Assembly (NCBI RefSeq): GCF_035084215.1
Contig: NC_090332.1
Location: 79,918,001-79,982,000 of the forward strand
Origin: Heptranchias perlo
Lineage: Eukaryota
Direction of reading: 5' to 3'
DNA: 64,000 nt
Below, piece after piece: positions 1-11,551 of the stretch; position 1 is the first letter of the stretch, and each line of letters begins with the position of its first letter. A program made the position numbers and the translations under genes. The notes beneath the pieces were generated by a model. The model ran no database searches, had not been told where the DNA came from, and saw nothing but the letters and a program-made list of their open reading frames with translations.

Positions 1-782
1 CTAAAATTTTTCAAAAGGTTTCCTGTCCGAAAGCCAATTTGATGGACAGGCTGGTTGCCTGTAAGACGGGAAAGCAGCCGGGGAGTGGATGGAAGGTAAG
101 TCGGAGTTTGGGTGGTGGGATCAGGGAGAGATCGGGGTCTTCAGGGTTTGGGTGGGGGTGCTGTTCGCAGGAGGGCAGAGGAAGTTGGAGATCGGGGGGT
201 GGTGGTGAGCAGTCGGATCATTGAGGGGTGAGAAGTCTGAGATCGCTGTGGGGCAGAGGGAGTTGGAGATCGCAGGGGGCGGGGAGAGTTGGAGATTGTG
301 GGAGGGTGGGGGGAGTCAAAAATCACGGGGACGTGAGGGAGTTGGAGATCGCGGGGTGTTGAGGGATTCGGAGATCGCAGGGTCGTTGAGGGATTCGGAG
401 ATCGCAGGGTCTGATCGCGGGTGTGTAAAGAGGTTTGCTTGGGGAGGCTGGGGAAAGCACTCCTGCTCCTCCTGGCCCACAAGCAGTGATGTAAATGCAC
501 TTACCTCATGGATAAGGCCCTTCTCGCCTCCTTTTACCTGTCAGGAATCCCGTGACCCAGGAAAACCATGAGAGAGGGTTGGTCGCCTGCCCCCTGACCT
601 GCCTCCAATTAATTTCCAACCCTCCTCCGACCCGCCCTCTGTCCCGGAGGATAGTTGGATAGTTGGCACCTCGTTAAACCCTGGAAGTGGGTGCTTTGGA
701 GCCGGGTTGCGGTTGTGCTGCAAATTTCTATTATTTTAACACCTGCCCCCAACCCACCCATTCTCGGGGTTAAAATCCTCCC
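1..782. mobile_element. Non-autonomous Harbinger-type MITE (family A), left end outside window, internal minisatellite
   Basis: Blocks colinear with 57171-58275 (GACAGGCTGG, GAAGGTAAGTC, GGAGATCGC repeats, GCACTCCTGCTCCTC..GGCCCAC, GCACTTACCT, CCTTCTCGCCTCCT); ends in TIR-like GGGGTTAAAATCCTCCC. Confidence 0.65.
237..420. repeat. Degenerate G-rich minisatellite (GGAGATCGC core)
   Basis: Repeated GAGATCGC units, including a near-exact GTTGAGGGATTCGGAGATCGCAGGGTC duplication. Confidence 0.75.
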
Positions 783-874
783 TCCCCCCCAATATATTCA
801 GAAATCTTAAAAGGGACTTTCACTGGCTGCAGGGTACAATGTACTCACCTTATCTTCACACTTGCATAATTCTG

Positions 875-1326
875 TTTTTTTTTTATTCGTTCACAGGATG
901 TGGGTGTCACTGGCAAGGCCGGCATTTATTGCCCATCCCGAATTGCCCTTGAGAAGGTGGTGGTGAGCTGCCTTCTTGAGCAAGATTTTACAACTGAGTG
1001 GCTTGCTAGGCCATTTCAGAGGGCAATTAAGAATCAACCACATTGCTGTGGGTCTGGAGTCACATATAGGCCAGACCAGGTAAGGGCGGTAGGCTTCCTT
1101 CCCTAAAGGACATTAGTGAACCAGATGGGTTTTTACGACAACCCGGTAGTTTCATGGCCATCATTACTGATACTAGTATTTTTAATTCCAGATTACTTTT
1201 TTTTATTTAATTAATTGAATTTAAATTTGCCAGCTGCCGTGGCAAGATTTGAACTCATGATTCTGGATTTTAGTCCAGGCCTCTGGATTACTAGCCCAGT
1301 AACATAACCACTATGCTACCGTACCC
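875..1326 (-). mobile_element. tRNA-derived SINE (family B), full length, 3' tail shared with the LINE at 39298-41975
   Basis: Minus strand: A box TAGCATAGTGG, B box GAGTTCAAATC; 3' end CACCACCTTCTCAAGGGCAATT.GGGATGGGCAATAAATGCCGGCCTTGCCAG..GAACGAATAAAAA matches ~41870-41975. Confidence 0.85.
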
Positions 1327-1599
1327 GGGTTGGAGATAGAACTATAAATTCTAAACTAAGACGTCAAATTTTTAAACTGCATTAGGGTTAGGGTTAGACT
1401 ACTTTTTTGAATTATTTTATTCGTCATTTTGTATTTTATCCTCTTTCTTTTTTATGAGGTCTTTCCACACACACAGTATTTCCCAATAGTGATGATTTAC
1501 ACCAGGAACACCTTGAGGACAAGAACAACTCGTAACTCCTTTTTGTTTCCATGCCAAACCATCTCCTCAAATCTCTTTCTCTTGTCCTTGCACGCTGAC

Positions 1600-2920
1600 C
1601 TCCAACACCAACTGTGAAGAGTTTATAGATTTCTTTAACTGAATGATTCAAGAAATTTGTTCAGGTGCCTGAGGTGCCAACTATCCAACTATTTTCCTTC
1701 CCTTACCTCTCAATCACTAATCCATTTCAAGCCCAACACCCCTGTCACTTTGAAACTGTTCACCCATCAGCCCCCTCCTCCCCCCCTACCCTATTCCCCC
1801 ATGCCTCTCTCCAAGCTTATCTCCTTAAAGAAATGGACTTCCTGCCCCTTTGATCTGCTCCCCACCCAACTCCTGATCATTCAACTACCACTCCTGATAC
1901 CAGGGTTCACCAATATTATTAATGGCCTCCTCGGTTCAGATATTAATCCTCTTCCTTTCAAAACTGCCTCATCACCATCCCCCCACTTCAAAAAGCTCAT
2001 CCTTTACCTGCCCGTCCCCTCTAACTACACCCAACCTTTAAACCTCCTCTTCTTATCCAAGTTCCTTTAGTGTGCCATCAACCCCCCCCACCCCCCGCCT
2101 CCACCACCGCTACATCCTGGCCTTTCCCAAAACTTCCTGTTCGAATTCGTTCAGTCCAGTTTCCACCCTGCTCACAGGACTGAGACAGCACTGGTCAAAG
2201 TCACTAACAACATCATCTGTGACTGCGACTGTGGCACTTTATGCTTCCTTAACCTGTCGGGAGACTTCTAGATTGTCGGTAGCACCATTTTCCTCTCCTG
2301 CCTTACCTCAGTGATTCACCTTAGTGGGACTGCCTCAATGTAGTTGTACTCCTACCTGTCCCCATGCACCCAGTTTATCTCTAGCAATGACTTCTCCTCC
2401 AGCTCCCACACGGTCACCTCTAGCGTTCCCCTAGGGTCTATCCTTCGGCCCTTCCTCTTCCTCAACTACACATTACTCCTTGGTAACTTCATCCATGGAT
2501 GGGGTCAGCTTCCACATGTATGCTGATGGCACTCGGCTCAACTTCTCCACCATGTCCCTCAACCCCAAGACCATTTCTATGCTCTCAAACTGGTTGCCTG
2601 ACATTAAATTCACAGATGAGTTATGTCTCCTACAATTGAACATGAAAAAGACCAAAACCATTATTTTTGGTCGCCGCCAACAACCTAGCACCTGCCATTG
2701 ACATCATCTCCCTCTCTGGCATTCTGCTCAGGCTAAACCAGACTACAAGAATCTTCATCGTACTGTTCAAACCCTATATCCTATCCATTAGCAATGCTAC
2801 TTATTTCTACCTCTGCAACATGACTCGCCTCTGACCCCACCTTGTGCCCCACTCATGCCGAACAATTATCTATATCTCTGTCACCTTTAGACTTGACTTT
2901 ATCAACACCCTCTTTGCTGG
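1600..2920 (+). mobile_element. Decayed L2 LINE ORF2 (RT) fragment
   Basis: Frameshifted remnants FQSSFHPAHRTETALVKVTNN, VPLGSIL, HMYADGT; C-rich sense strand typical of L2. Confidence 0.75.
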
Positions 2921-2921
2921 C

Positions 2922-3166
2922 TGGAGGAGGTTACTGAGATAGGGAGGGGCGAGTCCATTAAAATTTAACATCGAGGTGTTGCTGGACTGGGAGCCCATGT
3001 AGGTCAACGAGCACGGGGGTGATGGGTGAATGGGACTTGGTGCGAGTTAGCACACGGGCAGCAGGGTTTTGGATGAGTTCAAGTTTATGGAGGGTGGAAG
3101 ACGTGAGGCCGGCCAGGAGAACATTGGAAAAGTCCAGTCTGGAGACAACAAAAGCATGGATGAGGA
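2922..3166 (-). mobile_element. L2 fragment, inverted relative to its neighbour
   Basis: Reverse complement reads LIHAFVVSRLDFSNVLLAG..LELIQN..HITPVL, the L2 C-terminal region. Confidence 0.75.
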
Positions 3167-4432
3167 GAGTTCACCATAATTCTGTGTGATAGTTACTACT
3201 ATTTGGTGATCCTACATTAACTCCAGGTTTTACATGTTCCTGCTTAGGAAAATACTGTAAAGTTAAGTTTACATGTCACGTATCAATTCCATGTATCTGA
3301 ACTATGACTGTCATCATACCTTTCTCTTCTGCATTGACCCATATAGTGACAAAAATGTATCTGCGCAACTACTTCCAACATAAACTCATGTACCTTTGTG
3401 ACGCACAATGATTCAAAGACTTTGCATGCTCAGCAGAAAGTTACTGAACTTGATAACAATCACAATTTGAAATTATGATAAAGTACAAGTAAAGATTTCT
3501 TTTTTACCACAGGTTATCCAGTCAAACTTCTCAATTAGCTGGAAGAAATATTAAACTAAGCCTTCAATTGACATATGCTCTCAAATGATTATAATAAACA
3601 ACTGTGGATTGCAGCTGAGGGAAGTCTGAAAACAAATAGGAGGGGATACTAATGGCAAGTCATCCTGTTTAGGAAGCAGTCATTCAAATGTACCCATTTG
3701 AACTCATATTCCAAAAGGTTGCACATTTGTGACATTGTCTTTTTCCTCTTGGGTTTTTGACATGACTCAGAAATATTTTACAAACATGAGGAGTTGATCA
3801 GCTAATTGTTGTGATGTTAGTGAGGTTCTTGCGTCATTCCATCTTAGGTGTGTTGAGCTGCCTCTTTTGTGAATGAAAGATGACATTTTTAAGTCAATCA
3901 GAAATGCAGGCAGTTGGAAACAAGGGATGGGAATGGAAACATCTCTTTTTGAAAAGAAACATCAAGGTCATTGCTCCTTAGATTTTTCTTTTAATGGGGT
4001 GTTCCTTACCAACTCCAGATAACAATCATTTTGCCTACTACATACAGATTTTACTGTATATTCAAATGGTTTTCAGCTGTTAAGTACATTAAGGAAAGTA
4101 CATATAGAGGTATATACAAGATACTCTGCAACTTTAAATGTTCTTAAACAGTGATGATTGTAAATATGTTTATGCACTATTAATATTTCCACCACATTTT
4201 AGTGAGTGAAGTGTATGATACTCTACAACATCCATTTAATCTCCTAAGCATAAATCCTAAAAGTTTTAAAGGAAAACTCCAGAATATTCGACCATCTCCG
4301 CATTTCCTTTGGTTAGCCCTGGCCTGCTCCTTTCCACAGATAACACCTTCCCCTTGCAGAAGCATGGGAAGCATTGGGTCACTATGTCACCTATCATTCC
4401 CCAGATGAGACAATAGGAAGTTGCTGTGATCC

Positions 4433-5068
4433 TGTGGAAGTGCACGAAGGGATACTTGACCATATTAATGTGGAAGTGCATGAATGGATACTTGACCATA
4501 TTAACTCTTTATTAACTCACTTAGCTCACATAATAGGTTTAGCTACAGCACACATAGAAGCACAATTGTGTAATTACATTTAAGCCTTGGTATGTTGATA
4601 ATTAAGTTAGGTGAACAGGTGCTTAGTACAGCCTGGCATCTCTTAAGATAAGGGTGTAGCTGACTACAGAATATAATAAGAATACAGTTTCTTGAACGGC
4701 CATGTGGCCTTGAGACTAGCTTCAGCCCTACTGATAACAAGAGACAGGAATGTAGGGAGGAAGGGACTGCTCAGGCCTACGTGCAAAAGTAATAAGATGG
4801 CTATGGATGTTCGGGGGGCAGGCACACTACTTGATTGACCAACTACCTGAGCCAATAAGGAATGTATGTGTACGCCCATATTCTGTAACAGATGGGCCTT
4901 CTTTACTGAATTGTATAAACATGAGCTGTTTCACTGACTCGAGGAAGTTGTACCTTCAACCATTGTTTTGAGGTGCTCTTCCACTTGTATACAAGTTGGG
5001 CTCAATAAAGTTTCTCTTTGTACTACTGGTTTGGGTGTTAATGCATTGGTATAGTGTAAGTTTCGACA
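4433..5068 (+). mobile_element. Solo LTR, 636 bp (4-bp TSD, so Ty3/Gypsy or ERV type)
   Basis: TGTGGAA...TTCGACA termini; ATCC duplicated at 4429-4432 and 5069-5072; TATAAA ~4914; AATAAA ~5004; 36-bp tandem duplication at the 5' end. Confidence 0.8.
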
Positions 5069-5366
5069 ATCCCTCGACTCGCTGCTCTGGGATGTACCCC
5101 TCTGGAGGTGTTTGAGAGCAACTGCGATGATTTACTCATTGATTCTCATTTACATTTTGATGGCTGAGCCATGACTCGTTGCCTCCTCCTGACAGGGTGG
5201 ATGAGATAAGGAACAGACTGTGTGAAGAATCACTGGGAGAAACCCACATCAACAATTCCTTGGAACAGTATACTTGAGTGCCAACAGGCTTTGTCACTAT
5301 ACTGCCCACTCAGCATGCCCTGTTAATAATAAACACCTTTTTTTAACTATTAGCTAGTATAATGTG

Positions 5367-6402
5367 TTTTTTAAATTCATTCTCTGGGTATGGACATCAT
5401 TAGCAAGGACAGTATTTATTGTCCATCCCTAGTTGCCCTGGAGAAGGTGGTGGTTGGCATTCTTCTTGAACCGCTGCAGTCCATGTGGTGAAGGTACTCC
5501 CACAGTGCTGTTAGATAGGGAGTTCCAGGATTTTGACCCAGTGATGATGAAGGAATGGCGATTGTATGTCTAAGTCAGGATGGTGTGTGACATGGAGGGG
5601 AACCTAGAGGTGATGGTGTTCCCATGCACCTGTTGTTCTTGTCCTTGTAGGTGGTGGAGATCATGGGTTTGGGAGGTGCTGTCGAAGAACCCTTGGCGAG
5701 TTGCTGCAGTGCATCCTGTAGATAGTACACATTGCAGCCACGGCACGCCAGTGATGGAGGGAGTGAATGTTTAAGGTGTTGGATGGGCTGCCAATCAAGT
5801 GGACTGCTTTGTCCTGGATGGCGTTGAGCTTCTTGAGTGTTGTTTCAGCTGCACCCATCCTGGCAAATGTAAAGTATTCCATCACACTCCTGACTTGTGC
5901 CCTGTAGGTGGTAGAGAGGCTCTGGGGAGTTAGGAAGTGAGTCACTTGTCACAGAATACCCAGCCTCTGACCTGCTCTTGTAGCCACAATATTTATGTGG
6001 CTGGTCCAGTTGAGTTTCTGATTAATGGCAACCCACAGGATGTTGATAGTGGGGAATTCAGCGATGGTAATGTCATTTACTTTCAAGGGGAGGTTGTTAG
6101 ACTCTCTCTTGTTGGAGATGGTCGTTGCCTGGCACTTGTGCGGCGTGAATGTTACTTGCCACTTATCAGCCCAAACCTGGATGTTGTCCAGATCTTGCTG
6201 CATGTGACCATGGACTGCTTCATCATCTGAGGAATTGCGAATGGAGCTGAACACTGTGCAATCATCAGTGAACAATACCAATTCTGACCTTATAATGTAG
6301 GGAAGGTTATTGATGAAGCAGCTGGGCCTTGGATACTGTCCTAAGGAACACCTACAGCAATGTCCTGGGGCTGAGATGATTGACCTCCAACAATCACAAC
6401 AA
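5367..6402 (-). mobile_element. 5'-truncated older copy of the LINE family at 39298-41975
   Basis: ORFs FTDDCTVFSSIRN..MQQDLDNIQVWADKWQV and QVRSVMEY..LHHWRAVAA; same 3' UTR. Confidence 0.9.
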
Positions 6403-7200
6403 TGTTACTAATTGGAGAGGGTAGAGAAAACATAAGCACAGGAGATGTTCAGACCAGGTTGGTGCACACAGACAGACTAACACACTCTATATATTCAGAG
6501 CAGGCGGAGAACACAGACAGGCTGGGAAACTAAATGATCGGGGAACAAACTGAGCAGCACTCTATAAATTATCAGAGAATGTTCACAACACATAGACTAG
6601 CGCATTGGGTATAACGAGAGCAGTGGGAAAGATATTAAGAGACTAACGCACCGTAAATGATCACACATAGCAGAAAGGATTGAAGTCAGTGGGTTTCCAT
6701 CATGGTTTCACATAACTTTCCTTGAACAAAAACAATTGTATAATTGGAACTGGAATGTTCTCACTTCTACATAACCAACATCCTACTGACCAATTTTTGT
6801 CGGTCAAAAAAGTCTTATTCAGTTGTACTTTGTTCCTAAAGTAACAATTTTTTCAAAATCTAAACTTAACTTACATCCCTGTTTCATTATCTGAAAGAAA
6901 AGCTACCCGTGTTCTGTATTTGTTTCATTTTTAGCATCAGGAAAAGGACCTTTTTTCCATATTAACACTGAATAACCCAAAGTACCCTAGTTTGCATATG
7001 TTTGATTTTCAAAGAGACACGTTTTTTTGGCAAACAAAAACCATGCTGTCACTATATAACATACAAATATAATTATATTAATAAATCATTACTGCATATT
7101 ATATTTTTAATCAAAAATATTTGATTGCTTAATAAAGGAGAGGTATATGATGTAAACGTTTTAAAACAACATTTTAGATTAGTTTAGGCTAGTAACTAAA

Positions 7201-7582
7201 GCCTCAATTTTAACTCGGGGTGTGAGTGAGATGTGCAGGGGACGGGCAAGCTCGCTTGGTCACACTGGCGTGAGGTCTGGTCGCTGGAAACCCGAGGGAA
7301 CGGTCCCTAGCAGCTAGGTAATTGAATTGGGGGAGGAGGGGAATGTCTGGGTCTGGGAAGGCCCTAAAATTTCCTTATAGGGCCCGGAACAGTTCTCCTG
7401 CTCCTCCTGGCCCATAAGAAACCATAGAAAAAAAAATTAAATTATCTTCCTGGGCCACTCTTAGTCCCGATCCTGCTTGCTGCCAGCTTGTATCTGGCAT
7501 GGACGCGAATATGAGGGACGCTGCCCACTTTTACCACCCTGCACGCCACGTTCTCATCGGGCACCGGGGGTTAAAATCAGGA
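7201..7582. mobile_element. Harbinger-type MITE related to family A
   Basis: Imperfect TIRs GCCTCAATTTTAAC / GTTAAAATCAGGAC; shared TCCTGCTCCTCCTGGCCCA block. Confidence 0.6.
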
Positions 7583-8641
7583 CATATATATTTGGATAGA
7601 TTACGCAAACAAAACTGTGGAGTTGCTAACAGCCTAATCTCAGTCAATGCTAGTCATCAAGTGCATTTTTAAATAAATGTTGTAGAACAAAAATGATGAA
7701 ATGTGATAATGTTTTGTGATTCTAGTCAAGCTTTGTAAAACATGGATAAAATATTGCTCACCATGAACTTGATGCATTGTTGTCCCTTTTTTTGATGATC
7801 TTTCAATTTTAGTGAGATTTCTCTCATACATTTTTCTGTTTATCTCTTCATGAATGTCTGTTCTCTATATATTTATATTTTGTCATTATTTGTAGTGAGT
7901 TCTGTCTTTATTCCTAGCACTCATCTGCTTTTCAACTTTGAATATTTATGTCTGTCACATCAATTGAAATGTGTACCTGACTTTGTTTATTTGTAAACAA
8001 TTTTACAACACCAAGTTATAGTCCAGCAATTTTATTTTAAATTCACAAGCTTTCGGAGATTTCCTCCTTCCTCAGGCAAATGTTTCAAGAGCTCCTTGAA
8101 GCCTACGCATTTATACATATAGAACAATACATGGTGTTTACAGACTGCCCCTGCAACTGCCCGTTGCCAAGGCAATCACCGTGTTCAGACAGAGAGGTGT
8201 CACCTGCAGAACCCCCGAATACACATTCAACAAAAAAACAAACAGGGAAAAAAAACAGAGAAAAAAAACAGAGAGAGGCAGAAACATCCGGAAGGCAGAG
8301 AGAGCCAGCAAATGACCCATTATATTAAAAACAGATAACATTTGTTCGCTGGTGGGGTAACGTGTAGCGTGACATGAACCCAAGATCCCGGTTGAGGCCG
8401 TCCTCATGGGTGCGGAACTTGGCTATCAATTTCTGCTCGACGATTTTGCGTTGTCGTGTGTCTCGAAGGCCGCCTTGGAGTACGCTTACCCGAAGGTCGG
8501 TGGATGAATGTCCATGACTGCTGAAGTGTTCCCCGACTGGGAGGGAACCCTCCTGTTTGGCGATTGTTGCGCGGTGTCCGTTCATCCGTTGTCGCAGCGT
8601 CTGCATGGTCTCGCCAATGTACCATGGTCTGGGGCATCCTT

Positions 8642-8965
8642 TGCAGGAAAGGATGCCCCAGAGCATGGTACATTGGCGAGACCATGCAGACGCTGCGACA
8701 ACGGATGAACGGACACCGCGCAACAATCGCCAAACAGGAGGGTTCCCTCCCAGTCGGGGAACACTTCAGCAGTCATGGACATTCATCCACCGACCTTCGG
8801 GTAAGCGTACTCCAAGGCGGCCTTCGAGACACACGACAACGCAAAATCGTCGAGCAGAAATTGATAGCCAAGTTCCGCACCCATGAGGACGGCCTCAACC
8901 GGGATCTTGGGTTCATGTCACGCTACACGTTACCCCACCAGCGAACAAATGTTATCTGTTTTTAA
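8642..8965 (+). pseudogene. C-terminal GIY-YIG endonuclease fragment of a Penelope-like ORF (mirror copy at 8325-8648, -)
   Basis: CRKGCPRAWYIGETMQTLRQRMNGHR..VGEHF..EQKLI..GLNRD motifs of PLE GIY-YIG. Confidence 0.9.
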
Positions 8966-9208
8966 TATAATGGGTCATTTGCTGGCTCTCTCTGCCTTCC
9001 GGATGTTTCTGCCTCTCTCTGTTTTTTTTCTCTGTTTTTTTTCCCTGTTTGTTTTTTTGTTGAATGTGTATTCGGGGGTTCTGCAGGTGACACCTCTCTG
9101 TCTGAACACGGTGATTGCCTTGGCAACGGGCAGTTGCAGGGGCAGTCTGTAAACACCATGTATTGTTCTATATGTATAAATGCATAGGCTTCAAGGAACT
9201 CTTGAAAC

Positions 9209-9249
9209 ATTTGCCTGAGGAAGGAGGAAATCTCCGAAAGCTTGTGAAT
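9209..9249 (+). ncRNA. Minimal type I hammerhead ribozyme motif (PLE pLTR type); mirror copy at 8041-8081 (-)
   Basis: CTGAGGA core 9215-9221, stem II GGAG/CTCC, GAAA 9236-9239, palindromic AAGCTT stem III, stem I ATTTGC/GTGAAT. Confidence 0.7.
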
Positions 9250-11516
9250 TTAAAATAAAATTGCTGGACTATAACTTGGTGTTGTAAAATTGTTTACAAT
9301 TGTCAACCCCAGTCCATCACCGGCATCTCCACATCTTGTTTATTTGTGGCCTTTTCTGATATCTCTCCCTATCTATCCCTTTGTGTCATCCTATTTACCA
9401 TTCTTTGTTTGCTTTGTTTGCTTTGCCCTTTTTGACTCCTTGCTATCTTCAGTATTATTCCAATCCATTCCTTATCTCTTTCCTCTTAGTTGTCTTTTCC
9501 TCTTTTCTTGAAGTTGACTCTTCAATTTCTTTCATCTTCTTCCAATACTGTACTTTGAATAGAAGTTAACTGAGAGTTTCAACACTTCAACATTTCCATC
9601 TGCACACAATAGTCGGGGAAATTGAACCTGAATCTGAATGCATGTTTAGCAGCCACATTGTGTATGACACAAAACTTCCTCCAGGTCCTCTAACTTCCTG
9701 CGTTCGCACCAGAGTGAGGTTCCCAACTGCTACTGATTTTGGGGACTTGTTTGTATTTAACTTGCAACAGGTAGAGTGAACCATGGTGCTGAGTGATGTC
9801 TGCTTTCATGGTTTCAACACGACTAGAATAAATATTTAAACCACAGAAACTCCAAGAAAATGCTGTCCTCTCTCTTTCTTCTTCCTTCACATAGAATCAT
9901 CACAATTTACAGCACAGATGGAGGCCATTCAGTCCATTGTATGCCTGTGCTGGCTCTCTGAAAGAGCTACACATTTCATACCATCTACTCATTTCATCCT
10001 ATTCCCTGCCATTTATTTAAAAAAAATTCCAAGTGTTTAGCCATTTTCTTACTGCACAAAGTATGGTAATAGTATAGAACCAGGGCAATTAACAAAGAAA
10101 TAATTTAGGATACCTGTTCCTTTAAGAAAATATATAAGAACATCAGAAAGCATAGAATGAAGAAAGGACATTCGTCCATTAAGCTCACTCATTCCACAGA
10201 TCAGGTGCTATCTGCTCTATTAAGGTCAAGTACTGCAAAAATTCAGTCTCCTGAGGGAAAGTTTGCTTAATTCTTCCTGATCCCCAAAGGAAACCAAACA
10301 AAACCCAGGAACATTCATCCATCCTTGGATTTCCACTAGTTAGCCTCTTGATTGCTGCCTTCCATAGATAACACTAACCCTGCACCAACATTACTGGTAC
10401 CATTGTGTCCTGTGGAATATTTGATTATGCAGTCTGTAACTATCCCTATAACCACCAATCCCACTCCCAAACAGATACTTCCCTCACTTTCTTTCAAAGA
10501 CTGGAACTTGACTGCTTTTGTTCCCAATGTGTGGACTTCCCTATTCTCAAGATGCTATATGAAACCCCATGCCATATACTTCTGACTTCCTTTCCTGCTG
10601 TAATCAGGATCAGTTAAATTGCACTACACTCATGAGCAGGAGAGACCCACAATATGAAACCCATTTTTAGAAATAAATGATTTCTCAGTTTAGTTCCAAT
10701 AGCTTTGACTATGCATCTATCTATAATATATTAAACATTGTTACATCTGCGCACACTTTCTGTCAGTACTACTTGACATCCTGCTGTCACATTTATCCCA
10801 ACTTTTTCTCATTTTAAATTCCTATCTTCACATTTATTGGTTTTGGCTATGTAAACTTATTACTCTGATTATGTAATTCAGCACTGAGTTCCCACAAATA
10901 GCTTAAAATGCTTTGTGAAACTTGTTTTAATTTTGCCATTTTTTCCAGTAGCTGAAATTTCTTATGTTCAAAATAAGGGGAGAGGGAAACTAGTGAAGTG
11001 GGTCCAAAATATATTTTGAAAATTCTTTCAGCTGCCATCTTGGACTCTCCCTAAGGTAAGACGCTTACTGCTGGTAGTAAGTTTTGTAAAATAAAAAGGC
11101 CATTAAAAATAAAAAACGAGACAAAATGATTAAACTTATTTACACAGAAGCGTTTTATGCATTTGAAATGTGTCTAAGAATAATTCAGTCAGAGGCCTGT
11201 GCCTCTCTGACAAGACTAGGGCTTGAGCTCATGGGTTTTCCAGAGCTATCACTGCCAGCTGAAAAGGCTAAACAAAGTAAGGAGCTACAATTATGGGCAT
11301 GTATACGTTAATTTCTGTGGCTGCAACTCCTAGAATTTTTTTGATTGACAGCAAGATTGCTCATTCGCAGTGCCAGGTATTTATAAGCCCAATTCCTTCC
11401 CCATCCCCGTCCAACAATGGAGAAGCACTAATAGGACTATTATCCCAGGAACCTATTTTTAAGAGCAGAACCTGTTTTGCATAAAAATGTCAAAAGAAGG
11501 TAAAGCATAAAAGCAT

Positions 11517-11551
11517 GTTGTTGTTGTTGTTGTTGTTGATGATGATGATGA
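11517..11551. repeat. Compound microsatellite (TTG)n(ATG)n
   Basis: Read directly from the sequence. Confidence 0.9.

Larger units (their letters stand above)
7991..9334 (+). mobile_element. Penelope-like element insertion: 654-bp-arm inverted repeat plus 34-nt tail
   Basis: 7991-8644 is the reverse complement of 8646-9299 (mirror-image ORF pairs in the track); GIY-YIG coding remnant; TSD TTGTTTAT at 7983-7990 and 9336-9343. Confidence 0.92.

Noticed and set aside
39-723. Gly/Pro-rich ORFs, also at 57426-57942
   Set aside because: Translations of the MITE minisatellite
8080-9210. Pairs of near-identical ORFs on both strands, resembling a duplicated gene cluster
   Set aside because: Mirror images created by the palindrome; only the GIY-YIG frame is meaningful
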